Below are positions 25,850 through 38,659 of a stretch of 64,000 nucleotides of DNA, piece after piece. Position 1 is the stretch's first letter. Every line of letters starts with the position of its first letter. The translations under genes and the position numbers were made by a program. The notes under the pieces were generated by a model. The model worked only from the letters and a program-made list of their open reading frames with translations, did not search any database and was not told the origin of the DNA. The stretch is from Bugula neritina (taxonomy: Eukaryota; Animalia; Bryozoa): contig OZ037766.1 in the NCBI GenBank assembly GCA_964035545.1, forward strand, positions 20,324,767 through 20,388,766. Reading direction: 5' to 3'.

Positions 25850-26140
25850 TACGGAGAAAATGAAAGAATGATTGATTGCTAGCAAAAGCAGTAGAACTTC
25901 AAGTTTTAGCAGATACAAACAATATGAGAGGATTCGATCGAAGTACGAGGGCCATCTGGGACCCACATAGCGGCCAACAGGACCAGTTACTCGAAATCAA
26001 CATCAAGCTTGCCTTAAAGTGCACCATTGGGTTCGAACATCGACCCATGCTTGGCCAACAGGCTGGGATTTCATCTGCCCTATACACCTTAGGTAAGCCA
26101 ATGTTATCTGGCTACTTGGTCTGTAGTTGTCAGTTGGTGT
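25850..26140 (+). mobile_element. RTE-clade LINE fragment, opposite orientation
   Basis: KAVELQVLADTNNMRGF..TRAIW resembles the RTE ORF linker between endonuclease and RT. Confidence 0.55.
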
Positions 26141-26317
26141 TCACTCACAACATTGAATATTTTATTGTTTGGTTTTTTCGAACATGGACTATTGCAAATA
26201 TCAATTAGTGATAAACAGTAACTTTTTCAAGCTTACTTGTCGACTGAATTAATGTTGTTGCCATACCCAAGTTATCCTGGATTAGATCCATAATTGTACT
26301 TGTCAATTTATTTGCAG

Positions 26318-26841
26318 AATCGCGAGCGCCGAAGAAATCCTCCCTAGCAGCAATGCTGTTGAGTAAGCGGAAAAATGTTGGAGCTCTGTCACAGACCCAA
26401 AGTATCTCTCTGACTCCAGAGGAGAAATCGAAGCGAGAGGTAGTGACATGACATAACAGTTTGTAATATTTTAAATTGAGAATTATGCAATTATACATAT
26501 AAACAGCTAAATATTCATACTTGACAACTTCATATTCAATATATCTTGTGATATGTTGCAATTGAATGCTTTGCTTAAATTTTCAGCTCGAATTCCTGCT
26601 GAGTGTGACTTGTGAGGCGCAGAACGAGATTACCTGGTGGCAGACCCACCAATGTGAATTTCCTACATACAGTCAGATTGCAATAAGTGTCTTCAGTGTC
26701 TGTGCTTCTAGTGTGGCATCTGAGAGACTGTTCTCGCTGTCAGGCCATATTGTTAGCAAGGAGCGTTGCAGTCTCAAACCTACTATGGTGAACATGCTAA
26801 CAGTCCTAGCATTTGATGGCCGGAATGAAGCGCAGACATAA
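26318..26841 (+). mobile_element. Spliced 3' end of a hAT (ZBED1/Ac-like) transposase with dimerisation domain
   Basis: Exons 26318-26439 (SRAPKKSSLAAMLL..TPEEKSKRE) and 26587-26841 (..WWQTH..FPTYSQIAISVFSVCASSVASERLFSLSG..RCSLKP..VNML) are joined in frame by a GT-AG intron. Confidence 0.8.
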
Positions 26842-27737
26842 AAACAGACTTGTGACCACTTGCATGCTTATATTACGGTATCCAGCCATATAAGATATAA
26901 TTATCTGATGTTTCGTTTTCGTTTTATTTAATTGATAAAGCTTGCATTTATTACCTGGAGAGTTAAAAAAAACTAGTCACCCATCATAGTCAAAATCTGT
27001 TCTAGTTGAAGCTGTGAAATTTTTAAATGTAAAGTAATATTTTTCAGCTGCGCACAATCCGTAACTTTTATTAATGCCTGATAGACCTGAGGTTCGATTG
27101 CTTCTGAGCTAACACACTCCTCTATTTTGCAGTTTTTAAAATCTTTCTACTTGAAGTAAAGAGAAGACCTTTTAACTACTCGTTTTGATTGTTTTCGATG
27201 TTGGCAGGTTAAACTCGCTTCCTATAGTTGATAGCGTATTTTTGTCGTGTAAAATTTGAATGTAAGGAACTTGCTGTTATACTGAGGTATCCATAGAGTG
27301 ACTAACTCGAAGCAGTGTGAATTATCTTAACAGCTATCAACTGTAGCTACAGTGTTTGAAAATCATACAGGTAGTGAAACAGATTTGATATAGCAGTGTA
27401 GCCATTGTTGGTGTTAACAGTGTAGTGCAGTAGTCTATTTCAAGAATGGCCTAGAAACAGCTTTCCTATCCAATTTTCTGAATCTGAAATATGAGTTGGT
27501 AGTTAGTGTTATAAATTAAGGTGCGTATGCTAATATATTAATACATTGATACGACATGATTCAGAGTTGTCTAAGCATGTCGGTGGGAGTAATCGCTTCC
27601 CAATAAAGCCGACATCGAATAAAAAAGGGACACAACTCCAAATTTTGATGTTTTTCGATGTATGATTATTTTTAACCACATTTAATCATTTGGCAGTGCA
27701 GTCTGACACCGTGCAGGCCTAACCTTAGGTACAACTT

Positions 27738-28150
27738 TTGCCTAGCAGTATGATGCTATCCCGAATGAGCAGTTCCCATCCAAAGTATTGCCCCGTGTGC
27801 ATTAATGCACCGCAAACTGTTGCTCATGTCTTTCAGCAGTGCCACAGCTCACAGGAAGGGAGGATCAAGAGACCCAATGCCATTTGTAAGTTTGTCTCTG
27901 AGACAATGACAAGGGCTGGTTTCAGTGTTGATTCGGAATCACAGCTCTGGACGAGTGATGGCATACTGAAACATGATTTGGTGGTTAAGAAGGATGGTTG
28001 TGTCTATGTTATGGATGTAGCAATCTGTAGTGGCGGAATTGATCCCGACAAAGTTTACAGTGAGGAAGTGTCCGAGGACAAGCCTGTTGTTAAGGTGCTT
28101 AAGGCTACCTACAGCGACGTTAAGCTCTCAGCCTTAGTCATCGATTAGAG
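27738..28150 (+). mobile_element. Fragment of a REL-endonuclease non-LTR retrotransposon (R2/NeSL/R4-type C-terminus)
   Basis: CPVC..QTVAHVFQQC CCHC finger, RIKRPN (RHN-like), E..LKHDLV..YVMDV (degenerate PD..D nuclease). Confidence 0.8.
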
Positions 28151-28779
28151 AGGTGCCATTGACAGTAAAACAATCTTTGATTTCGAGCCTTTTGTGGCTC
28201 CTAACTCATTCGCTACCGCCTCCGCAAGAACTTTACAGTCCGGCACTTACATCTGAGATATCTGGAGCAAGTCAACTGTCGTTAGCTTTTCCGAGGCCGA
28301 GATTTAAACGGGTTAAACAGATTGGAAAAGGAACATCGCTGTCTTACTACATGCCCTCATATATGAGACTAAATATTATACTAATTTAGGACCAGTTAAT
28401 AATTGTTGTGCTTGACTATTGTTTCATTATTGAAGCACTATCTGGATTTAAAAGGATAAGTAGGCATGAGTTTCTCTTAGCCTCATAGAATGCAACAGTA
28501 AATAGGTGCATAATGTTGACTCCGACAATGATAAATCTCCAAAATTCTACAATGAGATTTACGTTTTCAGGTGTAGGCAAAGTCAACATTACTAAGTCGT
28601 ACAGAATTCAATTAAGGGCTGATGTGAAACCCACAGTGCCATACGAGGCCTCCTAACCTCAATCACAAATAGTTAAAAAAACACCATAAATGAAGCTTCC
28701 AGTACTTGTAGATATACCAAGAACCAGAGGAGACAGAAAAGAATCTATATCTTTACAGCTGTTTATGGAAACTATGTCC

Positions 28780-29960
28780 TATTAGCTTCTTTATGTATCT
28801 TGCTCAATGTACAAATCTACGCCTGCAGATGATGACCAAATCTCCTAAACCAACAAACGCCTGGGAGATTATGATGGTAGTAATTTTATTATGGCATACA
28901 ATCGTCTACCTGCTATTTGTCTATATTGGTCCAATAGCCCATCCTTAGGCCATACATTCATCAAGCAAGCTATCAGCAGAAACAGGCTTCAACAATTGTT
29001 CTTGAAACTTCATGCTGCCAATCCTGAGAAGCCACCCAATGCTGGCAAGACCTAGTATGTTGATGAAATGATTCAATGCTTGAAAGCTACATTGTTTTCT
29101 TGCAGAGAAGAAAGCACATACCAACCTATCAATGATTCAATGACCAAATTTACAAGGCGCTAATCTCTCCAGCAATACATGCCGCTACAAAACGAAGAAT
29201 ACATATGTGGATACGAAGTGATGCAGAGTTTGCTATGTATATGATCTAAATATCTATCAAGGAAGAGACCAAGCGTGGAAATATACCAGATGTAGTGGTG
29301 GGCTTTGACAGAATTTTTACATTAGCCTATAACATGCTACAGTTTATGATTGAAAAGCTACAGCTTGGTGAATCGCTGTTCCAAATTAATGACTATGAAG
29401 TCATTGGAGCTAAATGGCAAGAGACCAAAGAAGTGGTTGTACTTGGTAACGGTCACAGCAGTGCTCTGACTACGATGAAAAAAAAGTTGAAAAATGCAAG
29501 TGTTGTTGATCGACCATGCCCAGAACTGATAGATATTTCTATCGTATCGCAATGAGAGATGTTGACAGAAGCGAGCAAATGGCAGGCATATCTGAATTTG
29601 ACAAAAAATCTCAGAAGTATTGAACAAAAGTATTTTTCCACCTTTCGATGGTTAGCGCAGTAGATGCTTGGTACTGCATAACGACCTGCACATACAAAAA
29701 ACATTATTTCTATCATTTTTCACAGAGTTGGCCAAGGTTTTGGCACAAAAAGGATTAGCAGAACCTCCACGAAAAAGAGGAGCAAAGAAAGGCATGCCAT
29801 CTAAAAGGGCAAAAACCATGGGAACGCTGTCCCATTTACTTGTTCAGCATACCAATTCTAGACGCTGTCGTTGACATTCTGAGCAGAAAAAGGAGACACA
29901 AACACAGATACCTATGGTGTACTACAGTGCAAAAACTGCTTTGCAGCTTACCAGAAATGA
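28780..29960 (+). mobile_element. piggyBac transposase pseudogene 1 (PGBD4-like)
   Basis: YNRLPAICLYWS..LG..ISRNR, INDSMTKF..SLQQYMP, KWQETKEV and a Cys-rich tail; multiple stops and frameshifts. Confidence 0.8.
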
Positions 29961-31199
29961 ATGCTTGCAATTTTATATATGTAAACTTGGTCAATGCATA
30001 TATTTACAGCACATAATCTCCTATATTTTAATCCCATTTGGATAAATGTGCCCCGGACAAATATGTCCCATCAAAAATTAGGTAACTTTCATTTTTTTCA
30101 AAACAAGCTTTTTGATGACCCCCTTACAATCATATCAATTAGTATTGTATCTCTAAGCTACAGGGCAATGTCGAAAAATGGAATTGAAATAGTTAATATT
30201 GACTTCAGTCAAAATTACTTTATCTCAGTTACATTTACAAAAAAATACCCTAAAGATCTGTTATAATACAAAATTTAATGTAATTATGTTTAGGCCACCC
30301 ATTAGAAAAATGATCTTGAGGTACAATATTCAAAGATCACGCGCAAGTTTTTTTTATATGTACCATTTGCCACAAAAGATGACAATTTTTTACTAGAAAA
30401 CCAGAACAAGCTGTTCTAAACTAATTGAGTGAATCATAAACACCAACATCAGGTACCACCTTAAGTCTGAGCAAGTTAATTATCAAAGACCTAACACATT
30501 TAAGCTAAGGGTTACGTAGGAATGTATTGCTGTTGTAAAACACATCTTATCCAATTTTAGGCAACATTTTTGCTATGACAAAAGAAGGTATAGAGGAAGC
30601 TTAGGTGATAGCAATGAAACTATGAGTCCAATGAAAATTTCTCCACCAAATGTATTAAGCATGGCTATAACTAGTCAACTTATAATAAAAACAGCTCACA
30701 AAATCATGATTACACGCTTCCAATTCAATTGAATGTACTTTCAGACCTTTTTCTAGTTTGATTATGGTAGGCTCATAACACCTACTAGAAGTGTTAAACT
30801 CAATCTTATAGGCGTGAGAATCTATGAACCTATGAGCTCTCATGAACGCTGTTGAAAAAGAATTGGCTACAGACTGCTATGCTTTACACATTCTCCTGCC
30901 TAAAAACCTACACTCTTCGATGAAATAGCAGAACAAAAAGTGAAACCTGTCCCTAAAATTGGTTTTTATGCTGATACATTTCTTACAACAATTATTGTAA
31001 CAGTCCATTCCTATTCTCCATGTAGGTTAAATTTTTTCTGGAACTTACCCAGAAGTCAGTTTTAAGATATCAAGTTATCATATGATAGGCGGTTATGGAA
31101 CAGTTGTTTATGGCTTCAAATCAACAATTTCTATTGAACTTTTGCAATTTCCTAGAGTTAGCAACAAGAAAAAATTCTGGTAAAATTTTTGTGTGAAGC

Positions 31200-31930
31200 A
31201 TATGGTGAAAAAGAGTTAGAGAGGGATATTGTCATAGTTGTTGAGTCAGAAGAAAACTGCATTTAGCTACAGTTTTCAAAGCATGGCAGACTTCATTGGA
31301 AAACCAAAGTCAAGTGTTTAGATTTAGATAATTATGAGACACATGCATACACGCATGATCTTACACACAATATGTTCTGAAGAATGCTAGCTTGATCAAG
31401 TGTAAAATAATAAAGTCAATATTTGCAACATACTACCACTTGAAAATTTATATTTATCTACAGAACGTGGTGATAATATGAGAAACTTAGACATCAATTT
31501 TACTGCAAATGAACTTAGATACGAGTTGTACGCAGCACTTCCTGGTTTGCATGTTATACCAGGTTTGTGTTTTGATTAGAAGTTGTAAAGTAAGTGCGTA
31601 TTCTACTCTTTCTTGAAAAAACATTCAGATTGCGCTGAAAGCTTTGAACAGCTTGGAAAGTACAAGTTCAAGTTACAACTGCAACTAATTAAATAGAAAA
31701 GTTTGTAAATAAGCATAGATGATGTTTAGTAAGCTGTATTCAGTTCTCCAACAAAGATGGCTCAATAAAACTTGCAGCTTTCCCCACAAATAATGAACTT
31801 ACACTACACGTTAAATATTTATCAAAAAGCCACCTAGAGAAGGGAAACAATCGTCTTTGCCAATGCACCATTTCCAGAATATTATGGGTGAACATCGTTA
31901 AGAATTGCAGAATTACGATGAAATGACTGA
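31200..31930 (+). mobile_element. Academ-like transposon remnant (XPG/FEN-like nuclease region)
   Basis: Decayed frames give TRMILH (HEEADTRMILH-type), ELYAALPGLH..G (H3TH-type), FEQLG, FPTNNELTLHVK and PFPEYYG in the expected order. Confidence 0.6.
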
Positions 31931-32269
31931 CTCAAGCTCTTGCGCCCAAAATACAGTGAAAAACACATACTACTGCTGTAAAACCAGTTGTAATACATTC
32001 TGGCGTGAATGTCAGAAATCTCATATGCAGTGCACTGGTGTATGTCACTGTAACGGTTGTTTGAAGAAAAACCAAATATAAGATTGATAGCAGTGATAAT
32101 GATGGTAGGAAAGCTTTATACAATGAAGTACTACTTCAAAACATTTGTTATATAACTTTCTTCATTTTTTTTATATTATGTTTTAATCATCCTCATCTAT
32201 TTGTAATTTTAAAATACATTCACAGAATAATGTTCATTTTTACAGATATTTAGTGATTACCGCCAGATT

Positions 32270-34040
32270 AATAGAAGATGTATTGGTCAAGGAAGACTAG
32301 CATACAAATTATTACTAATGCTATGTCCAGGGATTGATTTTTTAAAATTAGAGGCAAACTAAAAGTGGCAAACATTACTCTTGTAAAAGAGGAAATGAAA
32401 AAATCAGATAGGTTGTGGAAAATAACACCCTCTGTTAAGCATATATGTGAGGTCTGCAATAAATTACCACAGAAAAGCAAATTGAGTATAGATGAGCAGG
32501 TGACCTTATTTACGGTTGATGTCCCACAAGACAATACATATCAAAAAGCCAAGCCCAACATGTCCAAAAAATTTCGTTCTTGCAGGCTGTAATGGTGTAG
32601 TTTACGATTTCAGAATTTACCAAAGAGAAGACATTTGAAGTTGGGAGATGGATCAAGAGGACAAGGAATAGGAGCTGATGACTATCAATAATCTCAATCA
32701 ATAGCAGCCAAAAAGCCCACAAAGCATCAAAGGAAAGTTTACTCCTTTCACAAAAAGTACCAGTTTTACTAGTAAACTTGAGCAACCAACACAGTCTCTA
32801 CCAACTTCTGTAGATAGAGAAGTAGAAGAACTTAACAAGTATTTCACTGTAGCTCTTTTTTACGGCTGACTTAACAAATAGCTATCATGCTCAAAACACT
32901 GGAAGTTCTTGCCAAATTACACCTGCTGAAATTACAGTTTTATTTAATGTTTGTCGATAGGCTGCATCAACATGAAACGACCAAATATGTAGTAGGCAAG
33001 GAAGACTAGCATACCAATCACTGCTAATGCCATGTCCAGGGATTGATTTTTCAAGATTAGAAGTAACCTAGAAGTGGTAGACAATACTCTTGCAATAGAG
33101 AAAATGAAAAAATCAGATAAGTTGTGTAAAGCAACGCCCTCCTTTAAGCATATTCGTGAGATTTGCAATAAATAACCGAGAAGAAGCAACATGAGTATAG
33201 ATGAGAAGATGATCTCATTTACGAGCAGATGCCCTACAAGACAATACATACCACGAAAGCCAAATCAGTCAGGTTTAAAAAACTTTGTTCTTGCAGGCTG
33301 TAATGGTGTAGTTTCCGATTTCAAAATTTACCGAGGAGAAAGGACATTTCAAGATTATAAGTTTGAAGATGTATAAGGAGGACAAGGATTGCTGCACGGC
33401 ATTTAACCAATAATGTAAGACCAGGGAAATATGTGTTTTGCGATCAATTTTTTACAACTATACCATTGATCAAACACCTCGTACAAAGAAACATTTCCCT
33501 AACAGGAACTATAAGCTGAAAGTACATACCTGTGCAATGTTTATCAGAAAAGCAGATAAAGGTTAAAGGAAGAGGATCGATCGAGCAGATTGTCACAAAG
33601 AGCAAAGATTATAAACCAATCAGCCTAATTAAATGATTTAACACCAAAGGGATTTTAATGGCACCATCATTGCATGGATTAGAACCAGTAGAAGACTGTC
33701 TTACAAGCAAAAGAAAGAATATATTATCCTCCCGAGATGAGTCTGTGCAGTTGTTTGACTACAGGTTTTTAATGAAGGAGCAACTGCTTGCTGCAGCTGA
33801 AGATAGTACTTGTGGCGATACAAATGGGGGTGAGACAAACAAATATAGAGCTTTAGAACCGTTACCAATCAATAGGAAAGGAAGTGAAGGAGCAAAGCAC
33901 CTGCCAGAGTTTATAAAGCTTATAAACAGTGCTTGCTGTGAGAGAGAAGGGTGCTCATACAGAACAAGTGTGCATTGCACAAAATGCAACGTTGTTTTGT
34001 GAGTTAATGCAAAAATAATATGTTTTCTTTTATTTCACAA
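32270..34040 (+). mobile_element. piggyBac transposase pseudogene 2 with internal duplication
   Basis: [47 protein letters not shown] and the C-terminal C..C..CTKCNV; 32275-32660 is repeated at 32985-33390. Confidence 0.85.
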
Positions 34041-34939
34041 GAAGTCATCACAGTGATTTATTTTGAGTTGAACATTACAATGTATTACCTTAAATATTTA
34101 CCACTAACTTCTAGTTCTGAGTACCAGTGTCCCCCTCAAAGAACACTCTGTTGAAGTGCAGATAAAAATTCACAAAAACGATTGTTTTGTTTTAGTTTGC
34201 ATGAGAAAGTAATGAAAAATTGGTTGTCCCTGTCAATTTTCCCCTGAAAATCTGTCAGGTCTGTCAGTGAAAAACATAATAAGAGAGTTTTGAAGGTGCT
34301 TAGGTGTCTTAAACACGTCAAAACAGCAGATTTCAAAAAGAAATTTTGTTTGGAAAAAATCTGTAGAATTCCTAAGACAGCGAATAAGACATAAACGCTG
34401 ATCTCAACCGAATACAAGACATCTAAGAACTACCTTACCCTACATGTATCAAAAAGCTGCAATCATTTTTAAGTTCCGTGAATCAACTTGGTAAATTCTC
34501 ACTTAAAATATGAGACTTAACAAGACTTTTAAGGGCTTTACTTGGCTCAAAGAAGTGGACATGGGACATGAATATTATGAGTAAAGTCGTAGATAAAATA
34601 AAGGCTGAACTCTCAGAACCCTTGCAACATCATTAGAGGTAAACATGGAATACCTATACTGTGGCTTAACAAATCAAAACACTTAAAACTGCTATTGTCT
34701 CCAAAGAAGATCAAAATCTGACAAGAAGTTTATTCGAAAACACTGATTATGTGTTAAACACTAGGAGCCAGGACATAAAACATAAGGTTGTGAGAAAAAG
34801 CTAAATTGTCTAAAATGTACCAAGGGGTGAAGTGAAACCTCTTCCTATGTGTGGGCAAGGAAAGGTATATCTGACTATCTAGCGACAGTATACTACTGCA
34901 TATAGTACAGGACCTGCACAACACTTCCGTTTGCAGATT

Positions 34940-35150
34940 GCATCTACACTCATTTCTCAAAGACACATAATATACACTACATCTCAGTCTTTAGTTTGTA
35001 AAAACACTTGTTCCCAAAGACGCAGTATCTACACTACACATCAGCCCATAGAACATAAAATGTATCAAAACTTAATTCTCAAAGACATAGTATCTACACT
35101 ACATCTCAGCCTGTAACCTGTATCTACGCCTAGTTTCTAACACTCAGTAC
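34940..35150. repeat. Diverged about 60-bp minisatellite (about 3 copies)
   Basis: Recurring CAAAGAC..AGTATCTACACTACA.CTCAG units near 34956, 35013 and 35078. Confidence 0.6.
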
Positions 35151-35749
35151 CGTCATAGCTCGGCAGAATTTACGCCATATCTACAGTTCATGAACTCAAT
35201 GCCATCTACAGTATAATATCTAGTCAGGGATATACAGTAACCAAGTACACAGGTTCAGCTTCATAATCCCTACATTTCATAAACCCGAGACCCAGGCAAT
35301 TAAACACTGTCTTTATCAAAAGTATACATGTCCAGCAACGTAACTCCAGAAATGTATTGTCTAATCTCAAAAGCTTGGAGTTAGTACAACTGGAGCAGCA
35401 TATTTCTTCATTCTAGCTTGGCTTTGAAAATATTAACTCACATTATTGTGTTTTGTGTGAAAATAGACTCACTGAAAAAATTAAAGCAATGTAGGACGAT
35501 CTAGAAAATGATTTTAGAAGCACCAACAAGGCAATTTTAGATAAAATGCAAACTCTGCAACTTGCAGAATAAAAAAAGCAAAATTAGCCTAGGAGAAGGC
35601 AAAATAACAGTTTTCTACAGAAATGCTAAAGTATAAAGATTTAAAAAACAGAGAGCCAACCGTGGTACCTCAATAAAACAGAAAGCAGTGGCACTCACAC
35701 AAGGGGGACGGAGCAATATTCCAAAGGTTGCAGCGCATAAAAGTTATGG

Positions 35750-38340
35750 TCAAGAAAATTACTTTATCAAATCATCAGATTTAGCAGAGCAAACGATAAA
35801 AAGGTAGAAAGCGATCCAAGTAAGCCAACTAAAAGAATTTTTGACGAAATTGCTAAGCGGAACATAAATGTTGATCAAGTTCCAGAGTATCACAAAGTAA
35901 AGTCAATATTAGTGAGAAAAAGAGCGTTGCTGAATCCTGCCATACCTCATAAAATATTTGATGTGGAAATTGTAGGACAATGGAAAAGAACATAGGCAGG
36001 GAGTAGATTTCTTGTCCACCAAGATAATGAGTGGGGGATCCTTGTATTTGGAACAAAAAAACTTTCAGGATGTTGCAACAACATAACATTGTATATGTTG
36101 ATAGGACATTAAAAACTTGTCCACTACCTTACAAACAGTTTATTATGACCCATGGGTTATTTTATGAAAGACTTCTACCATTTGTAATGGCTCTCATGGG
36201 GGGAAAGACAGGGAGACAGTATAGGCAGCTGTTTCAACACGTTAAAAACAAAGTGAGGGAAGTAACAGGTCACCATTGGCGACCAAGAAGCATTGTATCT
36301 GACTTTGAAATTTCTCTCATCACAGCAATTGAAACAGAGATGCCCCAAATCAGAACATCCGGGTGCTATTTTTATTTTTGCCAAAGTATGTAGCGTAGAA
36401 TACAGAATGTTAGCCTCAGTAGGGGTTACAAGTGCTGTAGCTGTCTTCAAAAACGCCTAAGGAAATTTATGGCTATTGAATACTTGCCTCCGGCATTGGT
36501 CCGACAAAACTTCCGATTGCTACCCACTTCAAACTCAATGCAGCAATTAGTATCCCGCCACCATGTTATTATAGAGTTTATCAGATACATGGAACAAAAT
36601 TATCTAAATGGGCAGTTTCCTCTAGCCTTTTGGAATGTATTTCACCGGAATGGTGATTCAAGAATCAACAATAATGTTGAAGGTAGTGTTAGTGTTCTCC
36701 CAGACAACAAAAATATATTTGTAAATGAAGAAAATATGCAATATAGCCATATATTAGCCCTCAGCTAATGGGCTTTCCTCCCTTAAACAATCACCCTAGC
36801 TCCTGTTTGAGTTTATTTATGGGACTTAGTCGGCTATAGCTAATAATTAATTGTTTTTTAGTAGTTGAATTCCCAAATAATACTTTGTGTCTATGTTAGA
36901 TAAAACCGGATGAATCTAAAATTGAAGTTATTAAAAAAAATAGAGGTTTATTGTTTAAAAATTGGAGTAACTACGAGAAATTTCTTTTCATCAAAGGTTT
37001 GTTCAAAAAGCAACAGCTTTTGCTAACAATATATTTCTGTTGGTTAGCTTTTAATTTTGTTGCTTTACTGTTCAAGAGAAATTAAAGTTACTTGGCGTTT
37101 ATTCTGAATAAAGTCCAAATTGCAGTAAGCATTTCTGCATACATTTATGCTGGCAATAAAAGCTTTATTTACAAATCCCTATTCATAGTAGAGTAATAAA
37201 AAAATTAATTTAAATTAATGGTAATAACTTTTGGAAAGGAAATTAAAAATATCCAAAGAAATCCAAAAGAGCGTTAATTAAAATGTGTTCAACTAATCTG
37301 AGAATAAAGTAGCTTAAACAAATAGGGCAGCCACATCTTGCATGCATTGATTACATAGATAGACTAGCCAAACTAATCATAAATATATGCTGAGTAAAGC
37401 TGATTAAAAACACATTTATATAATTTCAGGGTTTCACTGCAGATGGAATGATACTGTTAAAGTTCGGCATCCATCATTGTGGTATTTCCTACGGAAACTT
37501 AAAGATGAACAACGACTTCTTAATGTTTCATTTGCTGCTGCAAGAAAAGGAGAGGCACCACTGCCAAAAAGGCGAAAATGGAGAGAGCTGGAAAGCAGAT
37601 TTGAAACACTTTTGGCAGAGCACAATAATGGGGATAGAGATCTGACGAATTACGGGAGTGCTGTAACTTATGCAATAAAAACATAATATGTTTAAATGAC
37701 TACAATGATGTTCCAGATATTATTAAATCTTTACTGACGTTTTAATTTGTGAAAATCATTTATTTTATATAATATATTATTGTTCACATGAATCTGAATT
37801 TTGGTGAACATGCAGTTAAATGCATATCATATGCTATAATTAATAAAGATACAAATCCATTAAAAAAATATTTACTCAAATTGCGCATATATCTATTTCA
37901 ATTTACCATGTTGTAGATCTTCCTGTTGCTCAGAGCAACTTTTTTGAAACTTTCAATAGCTTTTATAGATTGTCTATAAATAAGTGATTTATTCACATCA
38001 TGCTTCAGTGAACACTTAGAGATGAGAAGATACTGATGCATATAGACTACTAGGCTTGCTAGCTGATAGGCTAGTGAATAGCATGCAGTGTACTTTGTTT
38101 ATGGAACAGCCACAATGAAATGTTGATAGATGATGCAGCCCTAATTGAGACAGCCTCATAAAGTAATCTCAGGCTAAACAATCACAAGTAGGCAACACTG
38201 ATACTACCCACAGCTAGCAATAATATAGCAAGATTGTGAGTGAAATTTATGGTATTTTCAGTGATATAATCATGTGTCTACTAATTTTCGGACCAATGCA
38301 TCTTCGGACCAATGAACCTTCGAAATATTGACTAGTTACC
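35750..38340 (+). mobile_element. MULE/Mutator transposase pseudogene with one intron and right terminus
   Basis: YVDRTLKTCP, LPFVMALM..KT..Y..LF, IVSDFEISLITAI, GCYFYFCQ and NNNVEG|FHCRWN..HPSLWYFLRKLKDEQ spliced across intron 36683-37429. Stop at 36391. Subterminal TTCGGACCAATG repeats and a ..GTTACC end at 38340. Confidence 0.88.
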
Positions 38341-38659
38341 CTCACACAAGAAGCTTTACATGAACTCCAAACGCAAATTGTTGGTCAAGTAAAAGGCACA
38401 GCCAACTCTGTATTAGATCACGCCAATCAGTTATGCCAATCAACAGAGAAGGCAAAAACTACATATCCAAAAAGTACAAAGGATACTGTACTAAGAGATT
38501 TGATCCAGGACGACCTAAGAAAAAATAAAATACTGGAAGAGTAGACTAAGCTAATTAACGGTATGGGGTTTGGGAAACTAGAGGAAAAAAATAGGAGTTG
38601 ACATCAACCTATATCAAGCCTTAGCTAACAGTCTACAATGACAGTGTGAGTGACTGGCA

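Noticed and set aside
26205-26561. 118-aa minus-strand ORF
   Set aside because: Antisense shadow of the hAT exon
34400-34760. Possible LINE RT C-terminal relic, perhaps continuing at 38345-38640
   Set aside because: Motifs too degraded to support by eye
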